Shown here: one piece after another, positions 54,501 through 64,000 of the stretch | How the letters are laid out: each line of letters starts with the position of its first letter | Position numbering within the stretch: the first letter of the stretch is position 1 | NCBI GenBank assembly: GCA_963742155.1 | Contig: CAVUKY010000004.1 | Location: 60,183-124,182, forward strand | Length of the DNA: 64,000 nt | DNA from: Bryobacterales bacterium | Lineage (GTDB): Bacteria; Acidobacteriota; Terriglobia; Bryobacterales; Bryobacteraceae | Reading direction: 5' to 3' | Notes under the pieces: generated by a model | The model's input: the letters and a program-made list of their open reading frames with translations, nothing else | Database searches by the model: none | Told to the model about the DNA's origin: nothing | Position numbers and translations under genes: made by a program

Positions 54501-55314
54501 CGATGATCGCGCCCTGGCCCGGCATCAGGCGCGGCACGGAGCCGAGCGTGCCCACCGTGCCGGGATTGGTCAGCGAAATGGTGGTGCCTTCAAAATCCTG
54601 CACCGTCAGCTTGTTGTTGCGGGCGCGAAAGATGATGTCGTCAAAGGCGGTGACGAACTGCGCGAAATCCATGCGATCCGGCGTCCTTGATGTTGGGCAC
54701 CTTCAACGACCGCGTGCCGTCTTTGCCCGCCACATCCACCGCGATGCCGATGTTGACGTGATCCCGCACCACGCGGAACGGCTGGCCGTTGGTCTCGGCG
54801 TAAGCGTGATTCAACGATGGGTTGCTGCGCAGCGCCTTCACGATGGCCCAGGCGATGATGTGCGTGTACGAGATTTTGCTCTTGCCGAGCAGCGCGCGGT
54901 GCTCGTTGATCATGCGGCGATTTTCGTCGATCACCTTCACCGGCATCACGCGCTGCGAAGTGGCCAGCGGGATGCTGAGGCTGGCAGTTCATGTTCTCGG
55001 CGATGCGCGCGGCGGCGCCGCGCAGCGGCACCAACGTCTCGCCGGCTACGGGCTGATGTTCGGGAACGGTGGGGGCCGGCGTCGATCCAGCTGCATCCAA
55101 CCCGCCATTCTGCAGCGCTACCGCTTGTTGCTGCGGAGCGTGCGAGCCGTTCGCGGTGCCTGGAGGCGGGGGCTTCCGAGGCACTGCCGCCGTTGGTCTC
55201 GAAGACTTCCTTCCAACTTTCGTCGACGTTCTTGCGATCGCTCAAATACTGCTGATACAGCTCGTCTTCGAGCCAGCTGTTTATACCTAGTTCTGGTGCG
55301 CGTGAGTCTGACAT
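51589..55314 (-). CDS. kgd: Kgd/OdhA-type multifunctional 2-oxoglutarate dehydrogenase (E2 acyltransferase core fused to E1o), frame-disrupted (5 or more breaks)
   Basis: ATG 55314 starts MSDSRAPELGINSWLEDELYQQYL. The E2 catalytic domain lies in ORFs 54641..54949 and 52603..54672 (TCTYDHRVVQGAESG). The E1o ThDP domain has RFSLEGGES, GMAHRGRLNVL, HGDAAFAGQG and YRRHGHNEGDDPS. The C-terminal parts are in ORFs 51987..52949 and 51589..51993. Confidence 0.85.
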
Positions 55315-55481
55315 GAAAATATTAATGAGGGCTTTCTTCTTCATCATACCGTGCCTTGGGAAGGCGCCGCTAAGTGGCGTAAGCCAGCTCCGGCTCCTCG
55401 TCGCAGTTGCAGCCGTAAATCTGTGTAATTGGCGCAACCCGCTTGGCACCTACATCGGATTAAGTGGATAGAGAGAGGCAT

Positions 55482-56028
55482 ATGAAAAGAACAATCCAAA
55501 ACATTGCTTTTGCGTCCGTGCTCGCCCTTGGGGCTTTTCCCATGTTTGCGGGCACCGTGGCAACCCGCCGGTCCAGGATTTGGCCAAGCCAGGTGCGCCA
55601 CGAACTTGTGATGATTCCGTATTACAGCGTTTTCGATGATTTGAACTATTCCGTAGATAGGCACGGTGTTGTAACGTTGTCTGGAGACGTGACGCAGCCG
55701 GTGGTGAAAGACGACGCCGCGCGCGGTCCGTGAAGCGCCTTCCAGGCGTAACGCAGGTAATCGACAATATCCGCGTTCTTCCGCTGTCGACCTTCGATAA
55801 CCGCATCCGGCAGGCGGAATACCGGGCGATTTTCGGCTCTGCGCGGCTTGTATCGCTATGCGATGGGCACGCAGCCGTCGATTCACATCATCGTGGATAA
55901 CGGGCATGTAACGCTGATCGGCGTGGTGGATACGCGAAGCGGACAAAGACATGGCGAATATTCGGGCCAACACGGTTCCGGGCGTTTTCTCGGTGACCAA
56001 CAACTTGCGCGTCGCCGAAAAGAGCTAA
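55482..56028 (+). CDS. BON-domain (OsmY-like) exported protein, frame-disrupted (about 3 breaks)
   Basis: It starts MKRTIQNIAFASVLALGAFPMFA. Two BON-like units are present (VVTLSGDVTQPVVKDDA...VIDNIRV and HVTLIGVVDT...VFSVTNNLRV). It ends at TAA 56026-56028. Confidence 0.7.
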
Positions 56029-56114
56029 CCGCGATTTCCTCCGAGCGCAAAGGGTGCGGCGCGACCAGCAAAACATTAACCCGCGTCGCACTCCGTTTTG
56101 CGCGATCCATGAGA

Positions 56115-56154
56115 GTGGCCGCCGTTTTGACCGACCGGCGGCCATTTGCTGTTT
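56115..56154 (+). terminator. Rho-independent terminator candidate downstream of the BON gene
   Basis: TGGCCGCCG (56115-56123), an 11-nt loop, then CGGCGGCCA (56135-56143), followed by TTTGCTGTTTG. Confidence 0.55.
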
Positions 56155-56194
56155 GTAACGTCTCACTCCCGCCAGTTCGATACACTGGATAAAC

Positions 56195-58317
56195 ATGTGC
56201 GCGGAAGCGGCCCGAGCGCCGCTCAAAGTCGCAGAACTCCCCGAACTGAACGATCCCACGCTTTATCTCAATCGCGAGCTCAGCCATCTGGAGTTCCAGC
56301 GGCGCGTGCTGGAGGAGGCGCGCGATCGCCGCAATCCGCTGCTGGAGCGCGTGAAGTTTCTGTCGATTTTCGGCTCCAACATCGACGAGTTTTTCATGGT
56401 GCGCGTGGCCGGCGTCATGCAGCAGATCGAGAACGGCGTGCAGGAAACCGGCATGGATGGCCGGGGGCCTTCGGAAACGCTGGACGCGATCCGCGCGTCA
56501 GTTGGCGGCTGGTCAATGGGGCTTATGAGTTCCTCCGGGAGGAATTGCTCCCGGCGCTCGCATGAGAATCACGTCCGCCTGATGCCTCTCAACGAGCTCA
56601 GCCGGGACCAGCGCGCGCAATTGGATACGTTTTTCGCTGAAAAGGTCTTCCCGGTTCTGACGCCGCTGGCCTTCGATCCCGGCCGGCCGTTTCCCCACAT
56701 TTCCAACCTGAGCTTGAATATCGCCGTCGCGGTGCGCGAACCCGGCGGCGGTCGCCGAGCACTTTGCGCGCGTCAAGGTTCCCGACAGCTTGCCCCAACT
56801 GCTTCCGGTGGCGATGCCGGCGAGCGGTCCGCGCGCAGTCCACGGCTATGGTTCGTTTGGCTGGAACAGCTCATCATCGCCAATCTGCACCACTTGTTTC
56901 CCGGCCTGGAGATTCTGCGGGCGCACGTCTTCCATCTCACGCGCGATGCCGAAGTGGCCATCAAAGAACTGGAAACGGACGATCTGCTCGAAACCATCGA
57001 GGAAGCCGTCTGGCAGCGGCGCTTTCGCGATGCCGTGCGGCTGCAGGTGGACGCGCGCATGCCCGCGCGCGATGATCGATTTTCTGGCCGCCAAGCTGGA
57101 GTTGGATGCCGCCAACATCTTTCGCGTGCAAGGTCCGCTGGATCTCAGCCGGTTGCGGCATCTGCTGGCGCTGGACCGGCCGGATTTAAAAGACAAGCCC
57201 TTTCTCGCGCACACCCCACCCGGCTTTACATCCAAAGACGACGATGTTTTCGACGTGATCCGCCAGCAGGATCAGTTGCTGCATCATCCCTACGAATCCT
57301 TCCAGCCGGTGGTGGAATTTCTGCGCAAAGCCGCCAAAGATCCGGATGTGCTGGCGATCAAGATGACGCTCTATCGGCTGGGCCGCAACTCGCCGATCGT
57401 GGAGGCGCTTGCTCGAAGCGGTGGAGAACGGCAAGCAGGTGGCGGTGGTGGTGGAGCTAAAAGCCCGCTTCGATGAAGAGAGCAACATCGAATGGGCCCG
57501 GGCGCTGGAACGCGAAGGCGTGCACGTGGTGTACGGCCTGCTGGGCTTGAAAGTGCACTCCAAGGTGATCCTGGTGGTTCGCCGCGAGGGCGATGTCATC
57601 CGCCGATATTGTCATCTGGCTACGGGCAACTACAATCCCGCCACCGCGCGCCTTTATACCGACCTCGGCTTGTTCACCTGCGATGAAGAGATCGGCGCGG
57701 ACGCAACCGATCTGTTCAATTACCTGACCGGCTATTCGCGCAAGAAGACCTTTCGAAAACTGCTGGTGGCTCCGCTCAATCTGCGGCAGCGGATGGAAGA
57801 GATGATTCTGCGGGAGATCGAGATCCAGCGCCGTGGGGGCCGGGGCCGGATGATTCTGAAGATGAACGCGCTGGAGGACGGCCCCATCATCAAGCTGCTG
57901 TATCAGGCTTCGCAAGCCGGCGTGGCGACGGACTTGATCGTGCGCGGCGCGTGCTGCCTGCGGCCCCAAACGCCTGGCGTCAGCGAAAACATTCACGTCC
58001 GCAGCGTGCTGGGGCGGTTCCTGGAGCACAGCCGCATCTTTTACTTCCGCAACAACGGCGCCGAGGAATGCTACCTGGGCAGCGCGGATTTGATGCCGCG
58101 CAACCTCAATCGCCGCGTGGAAGTGCTGTTTCCCGGTGAACCGGCCGGAAATGCATCAAGCGGATCCGGGATGAGATTCTGCATTCCTACCTGCACGATG
58201 AGATCGGCGCTCGGCACATGTCCAAGGATGGCTCCTACTCGGCGAAATCGCGCCGGGCAGGGCGCGGACTGCCAGGCGTGGTTCCTGGGTCAACGAACCA
58301 TCTCGCCACTGCGTTAG
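56195..58317 (+). CDS. ppk1: Polyphosphate kinase 1, frame-disrupted (5 or more breaks)
   Basis: N-terminus [54 protein letters not shown]-like domains lie in ORF 57409..58317 ([65 protein letters not shown]). The pieces are ORFs 56195, 56790 and 57409. Confidence 0.85.
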
Positions 58318-58403
58318 CGTCCTCAGACCGCGTTGCTCGGCCCCGGCGGTGCGCTAAACTAAACAAATCCCGGTGGAAATGGATTTGCCGGAAAAACCAA
58401 GTC

Positions 58404-59074
58404 ATGAGACTGGCCCTTTTCGGCGGCACCTTCGATCCCATCCACAATGCCCATCTCACTGTGGCGCGCGAAGCCGCCGGCCAGTTTCACCTGGACCAGG
58501 TATGGTTCATTCCGGCCGCGCATCCGCCGCATAAGTCCGATCACACCGGCGCAACTTACGAGGACCGCTTCCGCATGACGGAGCTGGCCTGCCAGGACGA
58601 TCCGCGGTTCGTTGCTTCGCGATCTGGAAGCGGGAGACGAGCAAGAGCTATTCGGTGGACACCGTGGAACGCGTGCGCGCTTTGGGCGAGCAGCCCTACT
58701 TCATCATCGGCGCCGATGCGTTCGCCGAAATCACGAGTTGGCACCGCTGGCAGGACTTGGTCCGGCTCACCGAGTTCATCGTCGTAACACGGCCCGGCCA
58801 TCAATACGCGACGCCGCCGGGAGCCCGTGTGCATCGGCTGGAAACCGTGGCGCTGCCCGTATCTTCTTCAGAAATAAGGAGAAAACTGGCTGCCGGCGAG
58901 ATTCCCGCGGAGTTGCCCCCGGCCGTGGGCCGTTACATCGCCGAGCGCGGCCTATACCAACTCTCGCCGGGGCGGGTGGAGCAGCGCTTTAAGAGCGCAT
59001 TGTTCAACTACCGTTCACCAAGCTGTAATGCACTTGTAACGCAAATCGGGTTACCTTCAAGGAAAGGCCCATGA
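58404..59074 (+). CDS. nadD: Nicotinate-nucleotide adenylyltransferase, frame-disrupted (1 break near 58620)
   Basis: ATG 58404 starts MRLALFGGTFDPIHNAHL (HxGH-type motif). ORF 58655..59074 continues YFIIGADAFAEITSWHRW...VALPVSSSEIR. The last 40 or so codons, which overlap the next start, may be read-through. Confidence 0.8.
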
Positions 59075-59789
59075 AGAAAATCGTCCTGATCGAAGATGAT
59101 TCCGACCTCTTCGCCCTGCTGAAGTACAACCTGGAAAAGGAAGGGTTCGCAGTCGCCGGCGCGCAAACGGGGCGCGGCGCTATCGAGCTGTGCCGTCGCG
59201 AGCGCCCGGATCTGCTCATCCTCGACATCATGCTGCCGGATTCCGACGGCCTGGAGATTTGCAAAGGCCTGCGCAATCATTCCGAACTGGCGCACGTGCC
59301 GATCATTTTTCTGACCGCCCGCGCTTCGGAGACCGACCGCATCCTGGGTCTGGAGCTGGGAGCGAACGATTACATCGTCAAGCCATTCTTCATCCGTGAA
59401 CTGATCGCCCGCGTCAAGAACCAGTTCCGTACGGCCAAACCTCGCCGGCCCGCACGGTCAGGGCGGGGGATCTGGAGCTGGATCGGGCAAGCTGCCGGGT
59501 TACGTTGCGAGGGGCCGAAGTGGCGCTCACCGCCACCGAGTTCCGGCTGCTCGAGTTTCTCATGAGCCGTCCGGGCGTGGTGTACAGCCGCGAGCAGCTT
59601 CTGGATGCCGTCTGGGGACATGACCGTGCCGTGACGGATCGAACCGTCGACGTATATATCCTGCGCCTGCGCCAGAAGATCGAGCCAGATCCGACCAACC
59701 CTTCGTTTATCCGCGCGGTTCGGGGCTTCGGCTACAGCTTCAACGAGCACACTGTGGAAACTGGCGCAAAGACCTCGGCCGCGGTCTGA
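59071..59789 (+). CDS. OmpR/PhoB-family response regulator, frame-disrupted (1 break near 59450)
   Basis: ORF 59071..59565 has the receiver domain (LIEDD, DLLILDIMLPDSDG, KPF). ORF 59505..59789 has the winged-helix domain (LTATEFRLLEFLMSRPG, RTVDVYILRLRQKIE, IRAVRGFGY). Confidence 0.85.
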
Positions 59790-59844
59790 ACCGCTCGCTT
59801 ACATTGCCGCTCCGTTACCGAGCCGCGACCGTGAGGGAGCGGTC

Positions 59845-60399
59845 CTAAGTGACCGGCGGATCCACGCTGCCGATCGAAAACAGCGAAAACTCATCTTCCG
59901 GCCATTGGGTGGGCCGGCCTTTTTCCTCGCGCATGTGATGGTATCGGCCGCTGAAGAAAAGTAGCGGCTTGCCTTCGCTCGCTTCGAAATGTTCCACGCG
60001 GCTGATGTAGAGCGTGTGGTCGCCCGCGGGGTGAATATCGATGACATCCACAACAAAGTACGCCACCGCTCCTCCGATCAGCGGAAGGCCGTTGCGATGC
60101 ACGAAGCGAACGTGCAGGTCCGGCGACTTGCGTCCCGCGAAATGGTTGCTCAGCGCATCCTGATCTTCGGCCAGCACGCTGATTCCGAAGCGCCGCACGT
60201 GGGGCAGGATGCGGTGCATGTTCGAGCGATTGTCGAGCGAAACCAAAATCAGCGGCGGATCGAGCGAGACGGACACGAACGCATTGGCGGTCATTCCGTG
60301 CGTCTGTTCTTCGTATTCGGCGGTGAGAACGGTAACGCCGCTCGCGAAGCGCCCTAATGCGTTGCGGAATTGTCTGGTGTCAATCTGCTGATTCGCCAC
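59845..60399 (-). CDS. Flavin reductase (HpaC-like small component of a two-component monooxygenase)
   Basis: Intact ORF of 184 aa. It has FRNALGRFASGVTVLT, GMTANAFVSVSLDPPL and GDHTLYISRV. Confidence 0.8.
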   Translation of the reverse strand: MANQQIDTRQFRNALGRFASGVTVLTAEYEEQTHGMTANAFVSVSLDPPLILVSLDNRSNMHRILPHVRRFGISVLAEDQDALSNHFAGRKSPDLHVRFVHRNGLPLIGGAVAYFVVDVIDIHPAGDHTLYISRVEHFEASEGKPLLFFSGRYHHMREEKGRPTQWPEDEFSLFSIGSVDPPVT

Positions 60400-60408
60400 T
60401 GAGAACGG

Positions 60409-61978
60409 TTATTTTCGGCCGTTCTTCATTACAACACTAATGTCGTTGGGATTGATCAGATCCGGCACCGTCCAGCCATCCAGGTCGTACTCGGCCATGC
60501 ACTGTTCGGCGAAACCCTTGTACTTGGCGGATTGCCCCAACTGATCGGCCACCATCAACGTTTCAAAACGAATGCTTTCGTGATTACCGAAGTAGTTGCG
60601 CTCGTACAGCTCATGCCGGCCGCCAAATTCGGTGCCGATCGCATCCCACATCAGCTTCATTAGCTTCACGCGATCCAGCGCCGAGTAACCGTTTGAGCCG
60701 CGCACGAAGGTTTCGAGATAATTCCGAATTTCGGGCACCTTGAAATCGTTGGCGTGAGAAGGCAGATAGATGAGCGCGCTCGCCAGCACGTTTTCGATGA
60801 TCTCTTTGAGGCGCGGATAGATGAGATTGGACGCGACGCGATACGCCAAACCGTAATCCAGATTGGGCAGCACATAGCCCGGTGTCCAAGGCGTGGTGGT
60901 GCGCGCCATGGCGTCCGTGAGACCCCAGAACAAATTGCGCCACGCCAGCACTTCACCCACCTGCGCCTGCACGCCGCGGAAATCCTTGGAGCCGGTAGCT
61001 TCCACGCCCTTGAGCAGCAGGCCTGCGATGAAATCGAGCTTGACTGACAACCGCACGCAGCCATGGAACATGAACCGCGGCAGGAAGCCGGAGCGCGGGA
61101 AAAAGTTGTTGACCTTGTCGATGTCGCCGTACGCGAACACGTTCTCCCAGGGCACCAGGACTTTGTCGAAGACGATGATCGAATCGTTTTCATCCAGCCG
61201 GCTGGATAGCGGGTAATCGAACGGGCTGCCCATGGCCGCCGCGGTCATCTCATAGGATGGGCCGGCAGAAGAGCTTCACGCCGGGCGAATCGGTGGCCAC
61301 GATGCAGACGAACGCGAAATCCTTGGTCTTGATGGGAAGCGCGCCGTTGTTCGCGATGAAATTGTAGTGTGTCAGCGTGGAGGTGGTGGCCACCACTTTG
61401 GCGCCACTGATCACCAGGCCGGCGTCGGTTTCTTTCTCCACGTGCATGTACACGTCGCGAACTTCCGACAGTTCCTTGTTGCGATCCACCGGCGGATTCA
61501 CGATCGCGTGATTGACGAACGTAACTTCTTCCTGCACCTTCTTGTACCAGCGGCGCGCATTCTCCTGAAACGGCGTATAGAAATCGGAGTTCGCGCCCAG
61601 CGTGGCCAGGAACGCGGCCTTGTAGTCTGGACTGCGGCCCATCCAGCCATAAGTAACCCGCGCCCATTCGGCGATAGCGTCGCGCGAGGCCACCATTTCC
61701 TCGACGTTATGCGGAGCTTTGAAAAAGTGATGCGTGTAGCCGCCGCTGCCGGTGTCGGTCTCGGTGCAGAGGATGGATTTGCGCTCATCGTGCAACGCGT
61801 CGTAGAGACGAGCCAGCATGCGGCTGGTATTGCGGAAGGCCGGATGCGTGGTGACATCCTTCACCCGCTCGCCGTAAATCCAAATTTCGCGCCCGTCGCG
61901 CAGGCTCTCCAGAAACTCCGCCGAAGTGAACGGCTTGGTGCGCGTAGCGCCGAAAGTGGGTTTGGCTTGTGTGGACAT
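60409..61978 (-). CDS. 4-hydroxyphenylacetate 3-hydroxylase (HpaB) family flavin-dependent monooxygenase, frame-disrupted (1 break near 61250)
   Basis: ORF 61250..62008 (likely start MSTQAKP at 61978) has [31 protein letters not shown] 60409..61248 supplies the C-terminal half. The substrate cannot be assigned from sequence. Confidence 0.85.
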
Positions 61979-61989
61979 GGTCTTCTCCG

Positions 61990-62844
61990 TTATGCGAATT
62001 TCGTCCAATCGCGCTCAAATCGGAATACTTCTTTGGCGGGCGGCAGCGGCGCTTGCGTCTCAATCCAGCGGACCGGTTCCGCTCCCTGGTTGGCAAAACT
62101 ATGGATGCATCCCACGCCGGTCCATATGACATCGCCGGGACCCAAGTCATAGCTCTTGCCGTCCGCGACGGCGTGCACGCGTCCACCGACGATGAAATAA
62201 GCCTCTTCGAAGGTATGATCGTGCGGATCGATCTTAGCGCCCGGCGAGTACTGAATCAAGAACAACGATTGATGCGTGGCGCCGAACGAGCGATCGACAA
62301 ACATCTTGATGGCGACGCCGGTGGTGGGATTGAACCCTTCCATCTGCGACGGTCCGCCGGGGCGCGGCAGTTGCGATTCATCGAAGTGGCCGATGGGAGC
62401 AGTGGCGTCGGGAACCGCGGCTTCGCTGGTGAAAAAAGTGTCCTGGCCGTACTCAACGGGACGCGGTTGCGGCGCCTGCATCTCGAGCCACCGGGCCGTG
62501 GCGGCGCCGGCGTTTTTCCAGGAGTGCGGCGCGCCGGTTGGAATCAAGCCGAAGTTGCCGGGACCTAGCGCGTGGGTTTTGTCCCCGACCTGAACCGCGA
62601 CGCTGCCTTCCAGAATGTAGAAGCTCTCTTCAAACGAGTGCAGGTGAGGCTGAACGGCGCCGCCGGAATCCAGAAAACAAATGCTGGCGCCCATATGAAC
62701 CGAGCCCATGGCCCGATCCACGAAGGTGACGCACCGGAAACCGGTGCTGTGCGATCGGTAGAGCTGGGGGGTGCGGGCGGCGGCTGGGTCGATCTTGGAG
62801 ACAGCGTGCATGGCAGTAGTGGATCTATTATGGCTCTTATCCAC
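61990..62844 (-). CDS. Bicupin protein (probable metal-dependent dioxygenase)
   Basis: Intact ORF of 284 aa. Two cupin motifs keep their metal ligands: [20 protein letters not shown] and [20 protein letters not shown]. It lies 12 nt upstream of the HpaB-family gene. Confidence 0.65.
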   Translation of the reverse strand: MDKSHNRSTTAMHAVSKIDPAAARTPQLYRSHSTGFRCVTFVDRAMGSVHMGASICFLDSGGAVQPHLHSFEESFYILEGSVAVQVGDKTHALGPGNFGLIPTGAPHSWKNAGAATARWLEMQAPQPRPVEYGQDTFFTSEAAVPDATAPIGHFDESQLPRPGGPSQMEGFNPTTGVAIKMFVDRSFGATHQSLFLIQYSPGAKIDPHDHTFEEAYFIVGGRVHAVADGKSYDLGPGDVIWTGVGCIHSFANQGAEPVRWIETQAPLPPAKEVFRFERDWTKFA

Positions 62845-62995
62845 CCTACCGGACGGGCTCGCGACGAGCTAGCAGGAAGCTCACTCCGGTGAACAGAATC
62901 GTGACTCGGAGGGCGCTCGCGTTAGCTCGCGCGGGGTTGGGGATTGGCGGTTGGCCAAGACTGGTTGGACAGAGCCTGTGTCACACTAAAAGTGG

Positions 62996-64000
62996 ATGCC
63001 GCTGGTTCCACCGTATATCGAAGCGTTGCGTCCTTATGAGGCCGGGCGCAGCATTGAAGAGGTTCAGCGCGCCTATGGCTTAAGCCGCGTCAGCAAGCTG
63101 GCTTCGAACGAGAATCCGCTGGGCCCTTCGCCGCTGGCGATCGAAGCCATGGCCCGCGTGATGAGCGGCCTGAACTATTATCCCAACAGCGGCCTGGATC
63201 TGCGCCGCGTTCTGGCCGAGAAGTTTGAGGCCAAGATCGAAAACGTGATCGCGGGCAGCGGGTCGGAAGGCATCATGTCCAACATCATTCGCGCCTTCCT
63301 GTGCGATGAGGACGAAGTGCTGACCACCGAGGCTGCGTTCCTCGGGTTTCCGTGCTGGCGAAGTCGCGCGGCGTGGCGTATCGCACGGTGCCTTATCGCG
63401 ACTGGCATTATGACCTGACGGCGCTTGCGGGCGCGATCACCGAGCGCACCAAGATCGTCTATCTGGCGAATCCCAACAACCCCACCGGCACAATTTTTTC
63501 CAAGCACGAGTTCGACGCCTTCTACAGGCATGTTCCCGAGCGCGTCCTGATCATTCTGGACGAAGCCTACTTCGAGTACGCCAAGGACACGCCGCGTTAT
63601 CCCGATTCGATGCATTATCGTTACGACAACGTCATTACCTTGCGGACGTTTTCCAAGGTTTACGGACTCGCCGGGCGTTCGCATCGGCTATGGATTCGCG
63701 CACGAAAGGCTGATCGCCAACTTACTCAAGGTGAAGCTTCCGTTTGAACCCGGCACGCTGGCGCAAGCCGCCGGCATCGGAGCGCTGGCCGACAAGGAGT
63801 TTCTGCATAGGTCGCTGGAGCTGAATGCGCGCGGGCTGAGGTTTCTTACAACGGCGCTCCGGCGAGATCGGCCTTACCGTTGTGCCGTCGGAAGCGAATT
63901 TCGTGATGCTTGTGCTGCCCAGCGCGGAGCACGCTGCACGACTTACCAGCGAGTTACTTCGGCAAGGCATCATCATCCGGCCGCTGGCCAGCTTTGGCCT
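62996..64000 (+). CDS. hisC: Histidinol-phosphate aminotransferase; runs off the window end; frame-disrupted (about 3 breaks)
   Basis: It starts MPLVPPYIEALRPYEAG, with KLASNENPLGPSP, YLANPNNPTG, ILDEAYFEY and the PLP lysine context LRTFSKVYGLAG. The pieces are ORFs 62996 and 63352, plus a third frame to the end. Confidence 0.85.

Overview
GC-rich (about 60% G+C by eye) bacterial chromosomal segment. Gene content and intergenic repeat types look Acidobacteriota-like, but that is inference only. I reconstruct about 60 protein-coding genes. I found no rRNA, tRNA, CRISPR array, transposase or integrase.

Housekeeping genes: clpC (partial), lolD-like, lpxC, pgsA-like, polA, tadA, ribA, recX, lpxB, nadD, hisC (partial), a Kgd/OdhA-type fused 2-oxoglutarate dehydrogenase, a split methylmalonyl-CoA mutase, ppk1 and ppk2.

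Accessory content:
- a type III PKS operon
- a type IV pilus/T2SS-like operon (lolA-like, pilC, pilB, pilM/N/O/P-like) ending in an unusual P/Q-rich pseudopilin
- two ECF sigma loci
- two higBA loci, one inside a small toxin-antitoxin island flanked by a duplicated gene end
- an M1-peptidase homologue without its zinc site
- a NYN/LOTUS protein
- an HTH-transglutaminase-PPK2-mutase gene string
- an HpaB/HpaC/bicupin aromatic hydroxylation cluster

Main caveat: from about 3.3 kb onward most genes over 600 bp can only be read by joining two to ten ORF-track pieces in different frames, and one gene has an in-frame TAG. The breaks are clumped and hit essential genes, so I read them as assembly indel noise rather than biology. 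This must be checked. Gene boundaries are the reconstructed loci; breaks are noted per feature.

Several families of short structured intergenic repeats are present. No single locus is demonstrably a new system. The best candidates for follow-up are listed in the findings with modest scores.
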